DNA of 63,518 nucleotides, filler included. It is 5 parts of 5 records of this genome, joined end to end, with 100 filler letters (N's around TTAATTAATTAA, not from the genome) between each part and the next. Parts side by side here need not be neighbours in the genome. Positions count along the whole stretch, not along the records: positions 15,665 to 33,440 come from SRR31156797_29969; positions 33,541 to 43,109 come from SRR31156797_30025; 3 more parts are not named here. The stretch is one strand, 5' to 3'. Positions 32,339 through 42,158 of the stretch are shown here, piece by piece. Each line of letters starts with the position of its first letter. The stretch's first letter is position 1. The translations under genes were made by a program, and so were the position numbers. The notes under the pieces were generated by a model. It saw only the letters and a list, made by a program, of their open reading frames with translations, was not told where the DNA came from and searched no databases.

Positions 32339-33440
32339 TTAGCTTACCTCTCCCACAAACTCGCCATTTTGAGCATCAAGATACACTCGTTGAATCGGTT
32401 CTTGATTAGCAAGCTTGTTCAATAGGGCTAATGACACGGTTGGTAATAGCTGCCCTTCGATGATCGCTTCTAGCATCCGAGCACCATTTTCTGAATGTGT
32501 AGAACGATTTAATATTTCTTCCACCAAACGATCTTCAATGACGGCTTCAGCTCCATAGCGCTGCATAAACAGTCGCTCTAAACGAACTAACTTACCGCGG
32601 ATGACAAGTGCCAGTGTTTCATGACTTAATGGGAAGTAAGGAATGATTTCCATACGAGCTAACAGGGCGGGTTTGAAAAATGCGGCCAACTCTTTATACA
32701 GTGGCTCATCCAGCAGTTCTGGTTGTTCCGCATGATCAACGATCGTTTGGTAGCCAAGGTTAGAGGTAAAGAAAAACACCACATTTTTACAATCAATCAA
32801 GCGACCTTCACCATCAGCCAACTCGCCCTTATCGAACGCTTGGTAGAAAATGTTGAGCACCTCTGGATGCGCTTTTTCCACTTCATCAAGTAGTACCACC
32901 GAATACGGTGTTTTACGTATCGCCTCGGTCAGAACACCACCTTCACCATACCCCACGTAACCCGGAGGGGAACCGATTAGACGAGATACCGTATGCTTCT
33001 CTTGATACTCCGACATATTGATCGTGGTTAAGAACTGCTTACCGCCGTATAACTGCTCCGCTAGCTGCACGACGGTTTCTGTTTTACCAACCCCACTCGG
33101 GCCAACCAGTAAAAAGGCTCCTTTAGGTCGCCCTGGTCGACGTAAGTCTGCTCTCGCGGTCAACAGATAGCGGTGAATGCGTTCAATCGCATTGTCTTGC
33201 CCTTTGATTTCTTCACCCAAAATCGAACTAAGGTGAGTAATTTTATGCAGCTCATCACTGTCCATTTGATCAACCGGCACCCCCGTCCAGTCGGCGACTA
33301 CTTCGGCAATCTGTTGAGCGTCAACTTGGGCATACATTAATCGTTCATTGTGAGGAATGGCCTCTAACGCCTGATAATGACGATGAAGTTGTTCCATCAC
33401 ATCACTTGCCGTATCAGTATCAGTATCAGTATCAGTATCA
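32339..33440 (-). CDS. tssH: T6SS ATPase ClpV/TssH, C-terminal part (5' truncated)
   Basis: GPSGVGKTET, INMSEYQEKHTVSRLIGSPPGYVGYGEGG, LLDEVEKAH; frame open to contig end. Confidence 0.93.
33411..33440. repeat. Hexamer tandem repeat (GTATCA)x5 in clpV, encoding Thr-Asp repeats
   Basis: Five exact copies ending at the contig break. Confidence 0.9.
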
Positions 33441-33540
33441 NNNNNNNNNNNNNNNNNNNNNNNNNNNNNNNNNNNNNNNNNNNNTTAATTAATTAANNNN
33501 NNNNNNNNNNNNNNNNNNNNNNNNNNNNNNNNNNNNNNNN
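33441..33540. other. Artificial contig linker
   Basis: N-run/TTAATTAATTAA/N-run; sharp GC rise afterwards. Confidence 0.98.
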
Positions 33541-34479
33541 GACGGCGTCGTCGAGGCGCCGGAATACGAGACGCTCGGCACGCTCGGCTCCATGCAGTTG
33601 GTCGACGACCTGAAGGGCGTTGCCAAGGCCAACGAGCTGTGCAACCGCTACGGCCTCGATACCATCACGCTGGGCGGCACGCTGGCCTTCGCCAACGAAT
33701 GTTTCGAAAAAGGCGTTTTGACCCTGGCCGACACCGACGGCCTGGAACTGGGCATGGGACGACCGGATTCGAACATCGAAATGATCCGCCGCATCGCGCT
33801 TCAGGAAGGCGATCTCGGCAAGTTGCTGTCGATGGGCTCGCGTCATGCGGCTCGGGAAATCGGCAAGGGCGCCGAGGAATACACGGTCGAGGTCAAGGGC
33901 TTCGAGTTGGCCATGCACGATCCGCGTTTCAGTTGGGGCCAGGCGCTCAGCTACGCCACCGCCAACCGCGGCGCCTGCCACTTGGCGACCATCGCGCATG
34001 CTTACGAACTGGTCGTCACCTTCCCGGAAATCGGCCTCAACGAACCGGCCCAGGGGCGAGTACGCGAGGGCAAGGCGGAACTGGTCGCCAGCCTGCAGAA
34101 CTTCCAGAACATGCGCGACAGCCTGATCTTCTGCAATTTCGATCAGCTCAACAACGCCGCCAAGGCGACCACGTTCATCAACTGGTACAACCTGATCACC
34201 GGCAACGGCATGACGTTTGATAGCTTCATGCAGGCCGGCGAACGCGGCTTCCAGTTGAAACGCATGATCAACAATAGGCGCGGCATCACCCGCAAGGACG
34301 ACACCCTGCCGCCACGCATGCTGACGCTGAAAAAGGTCGGCACCGACATCGATTTCGACGTGCCGCCGGTCCATCAGTTGCTCAGCGACTATTACGACAT
34401 CCGCGGCTGGTCCGAGGAAGGCCGGCCGACCGGCGAGACGGTCAAGAAAAACGGCCTGTCGGATTTCGCGACCGCCTGA
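33541..34479 (+). CDS. Aldehyde:ferredoxin oxidoreductase family, C-terminal part (5' truncated)
   Basis: PEYETL, CNRYGLDTI, HDPR, NRGACH, DDTLPPR, YYDIRGWSEEGRP. Confidence 0.9.
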   Translation, partial: DGVVEAPEYETLGTLGSMQLVDDLKGVAKANELCNRYGLDTITLGGTLAFANECFEKGVLTLADTDGLELGMGRPDSNIEMIRRIALQEGDLGKLLSMGSRHAAREIGKGAEEYTVEVKGFELAMHDPRFSWGQALSYATANRGACHLATIAHAYELVVTFPEIGLNEPAQGRVREGKAELVASLQNFQNMRDSLIFCNFDQLNNAAKATTFINWYNLITGNGMTFDSFMQAGERGFQLKRMINNRRGITRKDDTLPPRMLTLKKVGTDIDFDVPPVHQLLSDYYDIRGWSEEGRPTGETVKKNGLSDFATA

Positions 34480-34506
34480 TCGCGCCGGCAGTTATAGCCG
34501 CCGAAG

Positions 34507-34543
34507 AAAACGGGCGCCGGTTTTCCGGCGCCCTTTTTCGTTT
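34507..34543 (+). terminator. Hairpin/terminator, copy 1 of a duplicated sequence
   Basis: AAAACGGGCGCCGG-TTTT-CCGGCGCCCTTTTT. Confidence 0.8.
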
Positions 34544-34703
34544 GAACGCTGAATTTCGGTCCGACCACGTCCCCCCCAGGTTGTCTGGTTTTCGGTTCTG
34601 TCAACCTTCCACGTGAACGCAAATCACACTACACTCATCGAGTGTATGGCCGGTCGTCGACCCTGCAGGCTATTTGTCCGCTGTGCCAGCAAGGGGGAAG
34701 ACC

Positions 34704-36491
34704 ATGCGTATTGGCTTTAGGAAGACCCTGACAACAGTCAAGTCGTTGATTCGGGAATGGTGGGGCTCGCCATCAAAAAGACTAGGCATTGCGCTTATTC
34801 TGTCTGTCTTCTTGACGACTGAATCAAATGCACAAAGTGAAGCCGAAATTAAGAAATTGGCGGATGCCATTGCCCTTATGGAGGGGGAAATACTAGCCGG
34901 CGGCGATCCGATCAGGCAATCAAGGGTCATGACGCACTACCATAAGCGGTTTGACGAATCGTACGACAGTATTTGGGTCCATATCCTCGAAAATAACATC
35001 AACGACGTAATACCGACCGGGTTGTTTATCTTGGCGGATAGAATGACCACCGCCAGTAGTGAAAAAGCCCTGTTTTGGTATGCGGTCGCGCAAATCCGGG
35101 CCCGATACGATGGATTGCGTTGCGCCGATAAAACAGCAGCACAGGGGGTCCTGTACTTACCAGAAATCGCAAAACGCGTTAGTCGATTGGCAAAAAATCA
35201 ACCCGAAATGTTTTCGAAACAGGGGAAACGTGCTCTCCAATGGCGCGAGCTGTTTTTGGGACGATTGGAGCCCAGTTGGATTTGCATACACGGAATAAAG
35301 GCGTTTTCCGGCGCTTCACCGGAAAACTACACGGACACAAGAGAATGGCCTAAGTTGCAAGCTGAACTACTGGCGACATATGACGAGTATTTCGACAAAT
35401 TGGCGATGTCGGACGAAGACCCTATCCCGTGGGTCGCGCAGCGTCCCGCAGTGACACAGGTCGCGATTTCAAGCCGTTTTACGGGGATCGGATGGTTGTA
35501 TGCCGGGACCTTGGTTTTTGTGATGAACGAGATGGGTCCGGGAAAATATGGAACGTTGATGAAATGGTCGCCTGGATCGGAAGTCGAGAAGATTCATGAC
35601 TTACCGACGATGAACTGGTGTGCCGGAAACGGGCAAATCAGTTTTGAAATGCAGAGCGTCGAAGATCACGCAAACAACAAATTCTTCTCGGAATTCTTAT
35701 CCTTAAGATACGGAGAGTCGGGCAGAGCGGTACTCGACGCCGAGAGAGAATTTGTGTGGGCATCACAGGCCGTCGGATCTTCTGGAATGTACTCTCAAAG
35801 AAATACTCGGTTGGTTCAAAGCCCTTTCGATTGCCGTTGGGAGTACCCGGACCAATTGGTGAGTCGCTATTTCGAAACTGCGGACGAGTTTGGGGGAAGT
35901 ACGGTCATGCCTCTTCGGCCGGGAGATGGGTATCTTGTAATGGCTTTTGGCGAGGGGGAGGATAAACAGACCGAAGAAAACGGGATCGCCTATTTCCCGA
36001 ATCAAAATGCCGAACCCATCGTTTTCCCGATCAAGAACCGCGGAATAGAACGGCAATGCATCCGCTACTTTGACTATGCGAAAGCCTATTCCATCTCGGT
36101 TTGTGCCCCCGACCGTCCCCAACTTGCCGAGTTTAAGGATCGGGGATGTGTGCCGAGTTGGTGGTTCGATCCCGAAACACGCAAACTGGAGGAGGTTTGC
36201 ACGAAGGTCAACGCGGTCGATGAGAGTTACGCGGTGGTTACACCCTCCCGAGTTTCGCCACTGAAGATCGTATATTCGCGTGAAACCGCTAGGGGTCGAA
36301 AAATCGGAGGAATCTATAGCCAAGGCGCAGAAGGCAAGGCTACCAAAATCTATGAAGGTTGGTTGGAGGAGTATGCCGTTTCTCCGGATGGATGCCGTAT
36401 TGCAGTTTTAAAAAGGCCGGTTGAAAGAAACGAGGTCGTAAGATCAAAACGAGCGATCGACGTTATCGATCTATGTGGCGGAACCCTCTAA
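34704..36491 (+). CDS. Secreted hypothetical protein with lower GC than its neighbours
   Basis: GGGGG RBS before MRIGF; signal-like LGIALILSVFLTTESNA; C-terminal VSPDGCRIAV propeller-like motif. Confidence 0.7.
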   Translation: MRIGFRKTLTTVKSLIREWWGSPSKRLGIALILSVFLTTESNAQSEAEIKKLADAIALMEGEILAGGDPIRQSRVMTHYHKRFDESYDSIWVHILENNINDVIPTGLFILADRMTTASSEKALFWYAVAQIRARYDGLRCADKTAAQGVLYLPEIAKRVSRLAKNQPEMFSKQGKRALQWRELFLGRLEPSWICIHGIKAFSGASPENYTDTREWPKLQAELLATYDEYFDKLAMSDEDPIPWVAQRPAVTQVAISSRFTGIGWLYAGTLVFVMNEMGPGKYGTLMKWSPGSEVEKIHDLPTMNWCAGNGQISFEMQSVEDHANNKFFSEFLSLRYGESGRAVLDAEREFVWASQAVGSSGMYSQRNTRLVQSPFDCRWEYPDQLVSRYFETADEFGGSTVMPLRPGDGYLVMAFGEGEDKQTEENGIAYFPNQNAEPIVFPIKNRGIERQCIRYFDYAKAYSISVCAPDRPQLAEFKDRGCVPSWWFDPETRKLEEVCTKVNAVDESYAVVTPSRVSPLKIVYSRETARGRKIGGIYSQGAEGKATKIYEGWLEEYAVSPDGCRIAVLKRPVERNEVVRSKRAIDVIDLCGGTL

Positions 36492-36542
36492 CATCGCCTT
36501 GCCGCTTCTGCCGGGCGAGAGGGATACTCTATCGTGGACGGC

Positions 36543-36583
36543 AAAACGGGCGCCGGATATCCGGCGCCCGTTTGCGTTTCGAA
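36543..36583. terminator. Bidirectional hairpin, copy 2
   Basis: AAAACGGGCGCCGG-ATAT-CCGGCGCCCGTTT. Confidence 0.8.
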
Positions 36584-36597
36584 TGGGGTGATCGGGC

Positions 36598-37362
36598 TTA
36601 CTTGAAATACTGCCCGCCGTTGACCTCGATGATCTGGCCGTGGATGTAGCCGGAGGCCTTTTTCGACGCCAGGAACAGATAGGCGCCGACGCAGTCTTCC
36701 GGCGTGCCCAGCTTTTTCGACGGGATGTTCTGGCGGATCGCTTCCAGGCGTTCCGGCGTGTTGAAGCGCTCGTGGAAGGGGGTCAGGATGACGCCGGGCG
36801 ACACCACGTTGACGCGCACGCCCTCGGCGGCCAGTTCCAGCGCCATCGTCCGCGACCAGGTATGGACGAAGGCCTTCGATGAAACGTAAAGGCCGGCCCC
36901 CGGCGCGCCGCCGGTATGGGCGCCGATGGACCCGGTGTTGATGATCGCACCGGCGTCGCTTTTTTTCAGGTAGGGCAGGGCGGCGCGGCACGCCGTCACC
37001 ACCGAACGCACGTTCAGGTCCAGCACCTTGTCGTAAAGGTCGTCGCTGGTTTCTTCCAGACGGGCCCGTTCATAGAGGCTGCCGGCGTTATTCACCAGCA
37101 CATCGAGGCCGCCGAAGGCATCGACCGTTTCCTTGACGATGCGCTCGACCTCGGCCGTTTTCATGACGTCGCCCATCACCAGGATGGCTTCGCCGCCGGC
37201 GTCCTTGATTTCCGCAACCACCGCTTCGGCCTTGTCGCGGTTGGCGTTGCCATGCACGGCCACACGCGCTCCGCATTCGGCGAAACCCTTGGCGACGGCG
37301 ACGCCGATGCCGGTGGATGAACCGGTCACCAGGACGGCTTTGCCTTTCAAATCATCGAACAT
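36598..37362 (-). CDS. SDR family oxidoreductase
   Basis: TGSSTGIG, NNAG, YVSSK catalytic motif. Confidence 0.92.
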   Translation of the reverse strand: MFDDLKGKAVLVTGSSTGIGVAVAKGFAECGARVAVHGNANRDKAEAVVAEIKDAGGEAILVMGDVMKTAEVERIVKETVDAFGGLDVLVNNAGSLYERARLEETSDDLYDKVLDLNVRSVVTACRAALPYLKKSDAGAIINTGSIGAHTGGAPGAGLYVSSKAFVHTWSRTMALELAAEGVRVNVVSPGVILTPFHERFNTPERLEAIRQNIPSKKLGTPEDCVGAYLFLASKKASGYIHGQIIEVNGGQYFK

Positions 37363-37413
37363 GTCTTCTCCTTTTTATTGGTCCGTGGACCGGCAGGGAT
37401 CAGGTTCCGCCGA

Positions 37414-38196
37414 TCAGTTTCCTTTGAAATCGGGGGCGCGCTTGTCTTTCCAGGCGGCGCGGCCTTCTTCGGCATCGTCGGTATAGCCGGTCATGGCGCC
37501 GGCCAGGGCCTCCAGCGCCGCGCCCGTGTCCTGGCCCATGCCGGCGGCTACCAATTGTTTTGCCGTCTGTACGGAAACCGGTGCGTTGGACGCGATCTTT
37601 TCCGCCAGTTCCTTGGCCCGGGCGTCCAAATCGTCGCTCGGTGCGCTTTCGTTGATCAGGCCCCAGGCGGCGGCGGTGGCGGCGTCGATGCGGTTTCCGG
37701 TCAGTACCATCTGCTTGGCCCGGGCCTCGCCGATGATGGCGGGCAGGCGCTGGGTGCCGGCCCAACCGGGCACGGTGGCGATGGTCACCTCGGGCAGGGC
37801 GAAGGAGGCCGTGTCGGCGGCAATCCGCAGGTCGCACGAAAGCGCCAGTTCCAGGCCGCCGCCAAACGCGATGCCGCGCACAACGGCGATCGAAGGCTGC
37901 CGCAATGTCGCCAGCCGGCCGAAGATCTGATGGCCGCGGCGGATCCAGGTATGCCACATGCCAAGCGGCTTCAGTTCGGCCCAGGCATTGATGTCGGCGC
38001 CGGCGCAGAAGGCTTTTTCCCCGGCGGCGCGCAAAACGACGACGCGCACGTCGCGGTCGGTATCGATTTCCGCCATCAGCGATTCCAGGATGTCGAGCAT
38101 CTCGGTATCGAGCGCGTTCAGCTTGTCGGGGCGGTTCAGCGTGATCGTGGCGACGTGGCCGTCCACCTGATAGAGGATCTTTTTGGTCTCACTCAT
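37414..38196 (-). CDS. Enoyl-CoA hydratase/isomerase family
   Basis: LNRPDKLNAL, FCAGADI, FGGGLELAL.CD, FALPE. Confidence 0.93.
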   Translation of the reverse strand: MSETKKILYQVDGHVATITLNRPDKLNALDTEMLDILESLMAEIDTDRDVRVVVLRAAGEKAFCAGADINAWAELKPLGMWHTWIRRGHQIFGRLATLRQPSIAVVRGIAFGGGLELALSCDLRIAADTASFALPEVTIATVPGWAGTQRLPAIIGEARAKQMVLTGNRIDAATAAAWGLINESAPSDDLDARAKELAEKIASNAPVSVQTAKQLVAAGMGQDTGAALEALAGAMTGYTDDAEEGRAAWKDKRAPDFKGN

Positions 38197-38200
38197 GGGC

Positions 38201-39814
38201 TTAGCCTTTCGCTGTTCGGAAACGCGGAGCCTGGCGATCCGGCGGCACCAGTTTCATCGGCGCCGGATCGAACAGGCGGGCGTCCATTTCCTTCAAATCG
38301 GGGCTGACCGACAGTGTCGCCGGGGCCTGGCCCAGGACGTCGCGTTTCAGATCGACCCCCGGCGCGATTTCGGTCACCACTAGGCCGTCCTGCGTCAGCT
38401 TGATGACGCAGCGTTCGGTCACGTAGGTGATGTCCTGGCCCTGAAGTTTTCCCCGGTTGCCACTGAAGGTGACGTGCTCGACCTCCTCGACGAACTTCGG
38501 GAATTTGCCTTCGTTGGCGATGACCAATTTGCCGCCATCGATCTCCAGCTTCAGCCCGGCGGCGGTGAAATAGCCGCTGAAGACCAGCTTTCGGCCGCGT
38601 GACGTGATGTCGATGAAACCGCCGACGCCGGCCGTCACATGCGGTTTGGCCGACAGCCGCGAGACGTTGACGTTGCCGGCCGTGTCGACCTCCAGGAACG
38701 ACAGCAGGCCGCAATCCTCGCCGCCGCTTTGGAAATAGGTGAACTGGGTCGGCGACGGGATGATCGCCTGGGCGTTGGCGGCGCAACCGAAGGCGAAACC
38801 GTCCAGCGGCACGCCGCCGACGGCGCCCTGTTCGATCACCCAGGTCACCGCTTCCGGCTGGCCTTCCTCGATCAGGATCTGCGGCACCAGGGCGGATATC
38901 CCGAAGCCCAGATTGACCGCATCGCCCATCATCAACTCCATGGCGGCGCGGCGCGCGATCACCTTGTCGGTGGAAAAAGGCACCGGCGGGAAGCTCTCGA
39001 ACGGGCGTCGCACCTCGCCGGAGATGGCCGGGTCGTAAGGCGTTTCCGTGGTCTGCCATTGATCGGGGTCGATGACGATGAAATCGACCAGGGTCGAGGG
39101 CACATAGACCCGCTGCGGCGGGATCGAGCCGGCCGTTGTGATCCGCTTGACCTGAGCAATCACAAAGCCGCCGTTGTTGCGGGCCGCCAATGCGACATCG
39201 AGCACGCCCAGATAGCCGCCCTCGTGCTCCATCGAAATGTTGCCGTTTTCGTCCGCCGTGGTGCCGCGGATGATGGCGACGTCGGGCGGGATGTTCGGCA
39301 GATAAAGCCATTCATCGCCGGCAAATTGCTGCAAATGCACAATGTCTTCTTGGGCGGCCGCGTTCATCTTGGCGCCGTGGCGGCGCGGATCGACGAAGGT
39401 ATCGAGCCCGACCTGGGTCAGCACGCCGGCGCGTTTACCCGCGGCGTTGCGGACCATGTCGAACATGATGCCGCTGGGCAGGTTGTAGGCGGCGACCTCG
39501 TCGTTGCCGATCATCTGCCAGATTTTCGGCGACGGGCGCGATGACGGTCCGCTCGGATACGAGCCTGCGATGACCCGGCTGATCAGGCCCGGCTTGGCGA
39601 CACGGTCGATGCCGTCGACCCCGTACATGTCGCCGGCGGCGATCGGCAGGAACAGGTCCAGGTTCTTGGGCCGTCCGGTTTTCTCGAATGCCTCGCCGAT
39701 GGCGCCCAGGGTGAAATCCGGGCAGCCCAGCGCGCTCGACGAACTGACCGCGACCGTGGCGCCGTCGGGAATAAGATCCACGACCTCGGCGATGGGCAGG
39801 ATTTTCGATGACAT
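38201..39814 (-). CDS. Family I fused acyl-CoA:acetate/3-ketoacid CoA transferase (YdiF-like)
   Basis: VGLDTFVDPR, RGTTADENGN, VNLGFGI, IEQG catalytic Glu, GGFIDI, YVTERCV. Confidence 0.9.
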   Translation of the reverse strand: MSSKILPIAEVVDLIPDGATVAVSSSSALGCPDFTLGAIGEAFEKTGRPKNLDLFLPIAAGDMYGVDGIDRVAKPGLISRVIAGSYPSGPSSRPSPKIWQMIGNDEVAAYNLPSGIMFDMVRNAAGKRAGVLTQVGLDTFVDPRRHGAKMNAAAQEDIVHLQQFAGDEWLYLPNIPPDVAIIRGTTADENGNISMEHEGGYLGVLDVALAARNNGGFVIAQVKRITTAGSIPPQRVYVPSTLVDFIVIDPDQWQTTETPYDPAISGEVRRPFESFPPVPFSTDKVIARRAAMELMMGDAVNLGFGISALVPQILIEEGQPEAVTWVIEQGAVGGVPLDGFAFGCAANAQAIIPSPTQFTYFQSGGEDCGLLSFLEVDTAGNVNVSRLSAKPHVTAGVGGFIDITSRGRKLVFSGYFTAAGLKLEIDGGKLVIANEGKFPKFVEEVEHVTFSGNRGKLQGQDITYVTERCVIKLTQDGLVVTEIAPGVDLKRDVLGQAPATLSVSPDLKEMDARLFDPAPMKLVPPDRQAPRFRTAKG

Positions 39815-40070
39815 CGTCCCTAAGCCTCCTTCTGTTTGGGAGGTTGCACAATCAATGAGCCTTCAGACCGGCACGATCGGTGCCGGGGCTCGCTCCTCCT
39901 GGAATTGGCCCATTATTATCACGCGAATCGTTCCAATCAAACGCCTTCGCGGATAGCGTAAAAAAGACCTTGTCAAACAGGCGGGTGATTGACGGGCCGG
40001 GGTTGCATCCCTACGTTCAGGACGCGTTTTCACGCAGCGGGCCAAATCAAAATCGAGGGGGAAAGTGCCC

Positions 40071-41108
40071 ATGACCAAACACCGGATGGGAATCGTCGGC
40101 CTTGGCATGGCCGTCACGCCGCACGCCAAAAGCCTGATCGACCTGGCCGACCGGGTCGAGGTGGCCGGCGCCTATAACCGTTCCGAGGCGCGCCGCACGG
40201 CTTTTTCCGAAAAATTTCCCGATTTCCCGACGATCGACGATCTCGATTCGATCATTTCGGATTCGACGATCGATTGCGTTTTGGTCTTAACGACGCCCGA
40301 CAACCACCTCGAAACGGTGAAACGCTGCGCCGCCGCCGGCAAGCATGTGCTGCTCGAAAAGCCCCTGGAAATCAGCACCGAACGGTCCGTCGAGATGATC
40401 GCCGCCTGCCGCAAGGCCGGCGTTACGCTGGGCATCGTGCTGCAGCACCGCCACCGGGCCCCGGGCGTACGCCTGCGCCAGATTCTCGATGCCGGCAAAC
40501 TCGGCCGCCTGATCGGCGCTTCAGTGTTCATTCCCTGCTGGCGTCCGCAGAAAGGCTATTACGATCAGCCGGGGCGTGGCGTCAAATCGCGCGACGGCGG
40601 CGGTGTCCTGATCACCCAGGGCATTCATACGCTGGATGTTTTCCTGTCGCTGGCGGCCCGGCCGATCGAGGTGACCGGCTTTGCCGCGACCAGCCGGATC
40701 CATGATATCGACGTCGAGGACGTGGTCGGCGCCGCCGTTACCTACGAGGACGGCGCCATCGGCGTCGTCGACGCCACGACGGTTGCCTATCCCGGGTTCC
40801 CCGAACGCATGCAGTTCTACGGCGAAAACGGCTCGGCCCTTATTTCCGGCACCGAACTTAAGGTCGCCTATCACGACGGCAGCGAAGAGGTCATCCCGGC
40901 CGATCCGGCGGTTGGCGGCACCGGTGCCGATCCGATGGATTTTCCGCACGACCACCATCGCGAAGTCCTGCGCGACTTCTTGGATGCGCTGGACGAAAGC
41001 CGCGATCCCATCGTCACCGGCGAGGAAGCCTTGAAGACGCACCGCTTTACCGACGCCATCCTGCAATCGGCGGAACAGGGACGGCCGGTCAAGGTGCGCC
41101 ACGACTAG
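40071..41108 (+). CDS. Gfo/Idh/MocA oxidoreductase
   Basis: IVGLG, GKHVLLEKP, GGGVLITQGIHTLD. Confidence 0.92.
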   Translation: MTKHRMGIVGLGMAVTPHAKSLIDLADRVEVAGAYNRSEARRTAFSEKFPDFPTIDDLDSIISDSTIDCVLVLTTPDNHLETVKRCAAAGKHVLLEKPLEISTERSVEMIAACRKAGVTLGIVLQHRHRAPGVRLRQILDAGKLGRLIGASVFIPCWRPQKGYYDQPGRGVKSRDGGGVLITQGIHTLDVFLSLAARPIEVTGFAATSRIHDIDVEDVVGAAVTYEDGAIGVVDATTVAYPGFPERMQFYGENGSALISGTELKVAYHDGSEEVIPADPAVGGTGADPMDFPHDHHREVLRDFLDALDESRDPIVTGEEALKTHRFTDAILQSAEQGRPVKVRHD

Positions 41109-41141
41109 GCGCGTCAAACGAAATTCAGGGGAGGAAAGTCC

Positions 41142-42095
41142 ATGTTGTATCGACGTCTCGGAGGCACCGATCTCGATGTCTCGGCAATTTGTTTCGGCCC
41201 CATGCGCTCAGCCACCAAGGACCCGGCCGACGACGCCAAATCGAAGGCCGGTGAAGACGCCATGCGCGCCGCCATCGATGCCGGCGTCAACTTCATCCAT
41301 TCCAGCTATGAATACCGCACCCGCTGGATGATGGAACGGGTCCTGCGCGATCATCCGAAACGCCACGACCTGCACCACGTCATCAAGGTGCCGGTGCCCG
41401 ATTTCAAGGACGAAGGCCGTTTCGACGCCGCCAAGTTCCGCCTGCGGATCGAGGAAGCATTGAAGGAATTACACGCCGAACGCATCGACGTGCTTCAATG
41501 GATGTGGCGCTCGGACCCCAACGAGGACGATCTGCGTGTCCCGATGCTGCCGGGCCTGATGGACGACCTGATGGAAAGCTTCGGGCGCCTGCGCGACGAG
41601 GGCAAGGCCGGCTATATGATGCCGTTCCCCTATACCGTCGATTGCGCCCGCGCCGCCATGGAAACCGGGAATTTCGCCGGCATGATCGCCTATTACAATC
41701 CGATCGAGATGGAAATGGCCGAGCTGTTCGACGACTTCGAACAACGCAACATGGGCTTCCTGTCGATCCGGCCGCTCTATCAGGGAATCCTCACCGACCG
41801 GCGGTCGGGACAGGCCGACCTGGCCGAGGACGACCGCTTCCGCGATCCCAAATATGCAGGCGATTTTGCGAAAAGGGCCAAGGTCGCCGAAGCCTTCGCC
41901 GCTGAAATCGGCGAGTCCATGACCGGTTTTGCGCTGCGTTTCGCGCTTGCATCGCCGGTGGTGGCCAGCCTCATTGTCGGTCTCAATTCGCCCGAGCAGG
42001 TCGAAGGTACCGTTGCCGCCATCGAGGCACCGTTGCCGTCGCCGCGCATCGTCTCGCGGGCGTTCGAACTTTGGAAAACCGGCTTCGGGGTCTAA
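41142..42095 (+). CDS. Aldo/keto reductase family
   Basis: YRRLGGTDLDVSAICFG, AIDAGVNFI, RPLYQGILT, ALRFAL..PVV...IVG. Confidence 0.85.
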   Translation: MLYRRLGGTDLDVSAICFGPMRSATKDPADDAKSKAGEDAMRAAIDAGVNFIHSSYEYRTRWMMERVLRDHPKRHDLHHVIKVPVPDFKDEGRFDAAKFRLRIEEALKELHAERIDVLQWMWRSDPNEDDLRVPMLPGLMDDLMESFGRLRDEGKAGYMMPFPYTVDCARAAMETGNFAGMIAYYNPIEMEMAELFDDFEQRNMGFLSIRPLYQGILTDRRSGQADLAEDDRFRDPKYAGDFAKRAKVAEAFAAEIGESMTGFALRFALASPVVASLIVGLNSPEQVEGTVAAIEAPLPSPRIVSRAFELWKTGFGV

Positions 42096-42158
42096 AGGAT
42101 TTCCGCCCGACAGGAACAACAGAAACCAAAAAGAACAACGGAACAAGGAGAAACAGCC

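Noticed and set aside
36485-36530. CTCTAAC at the stop of the lower-GC gene as an attC start
   Set aside because: No complementary GTTAG arm or L boxes follow
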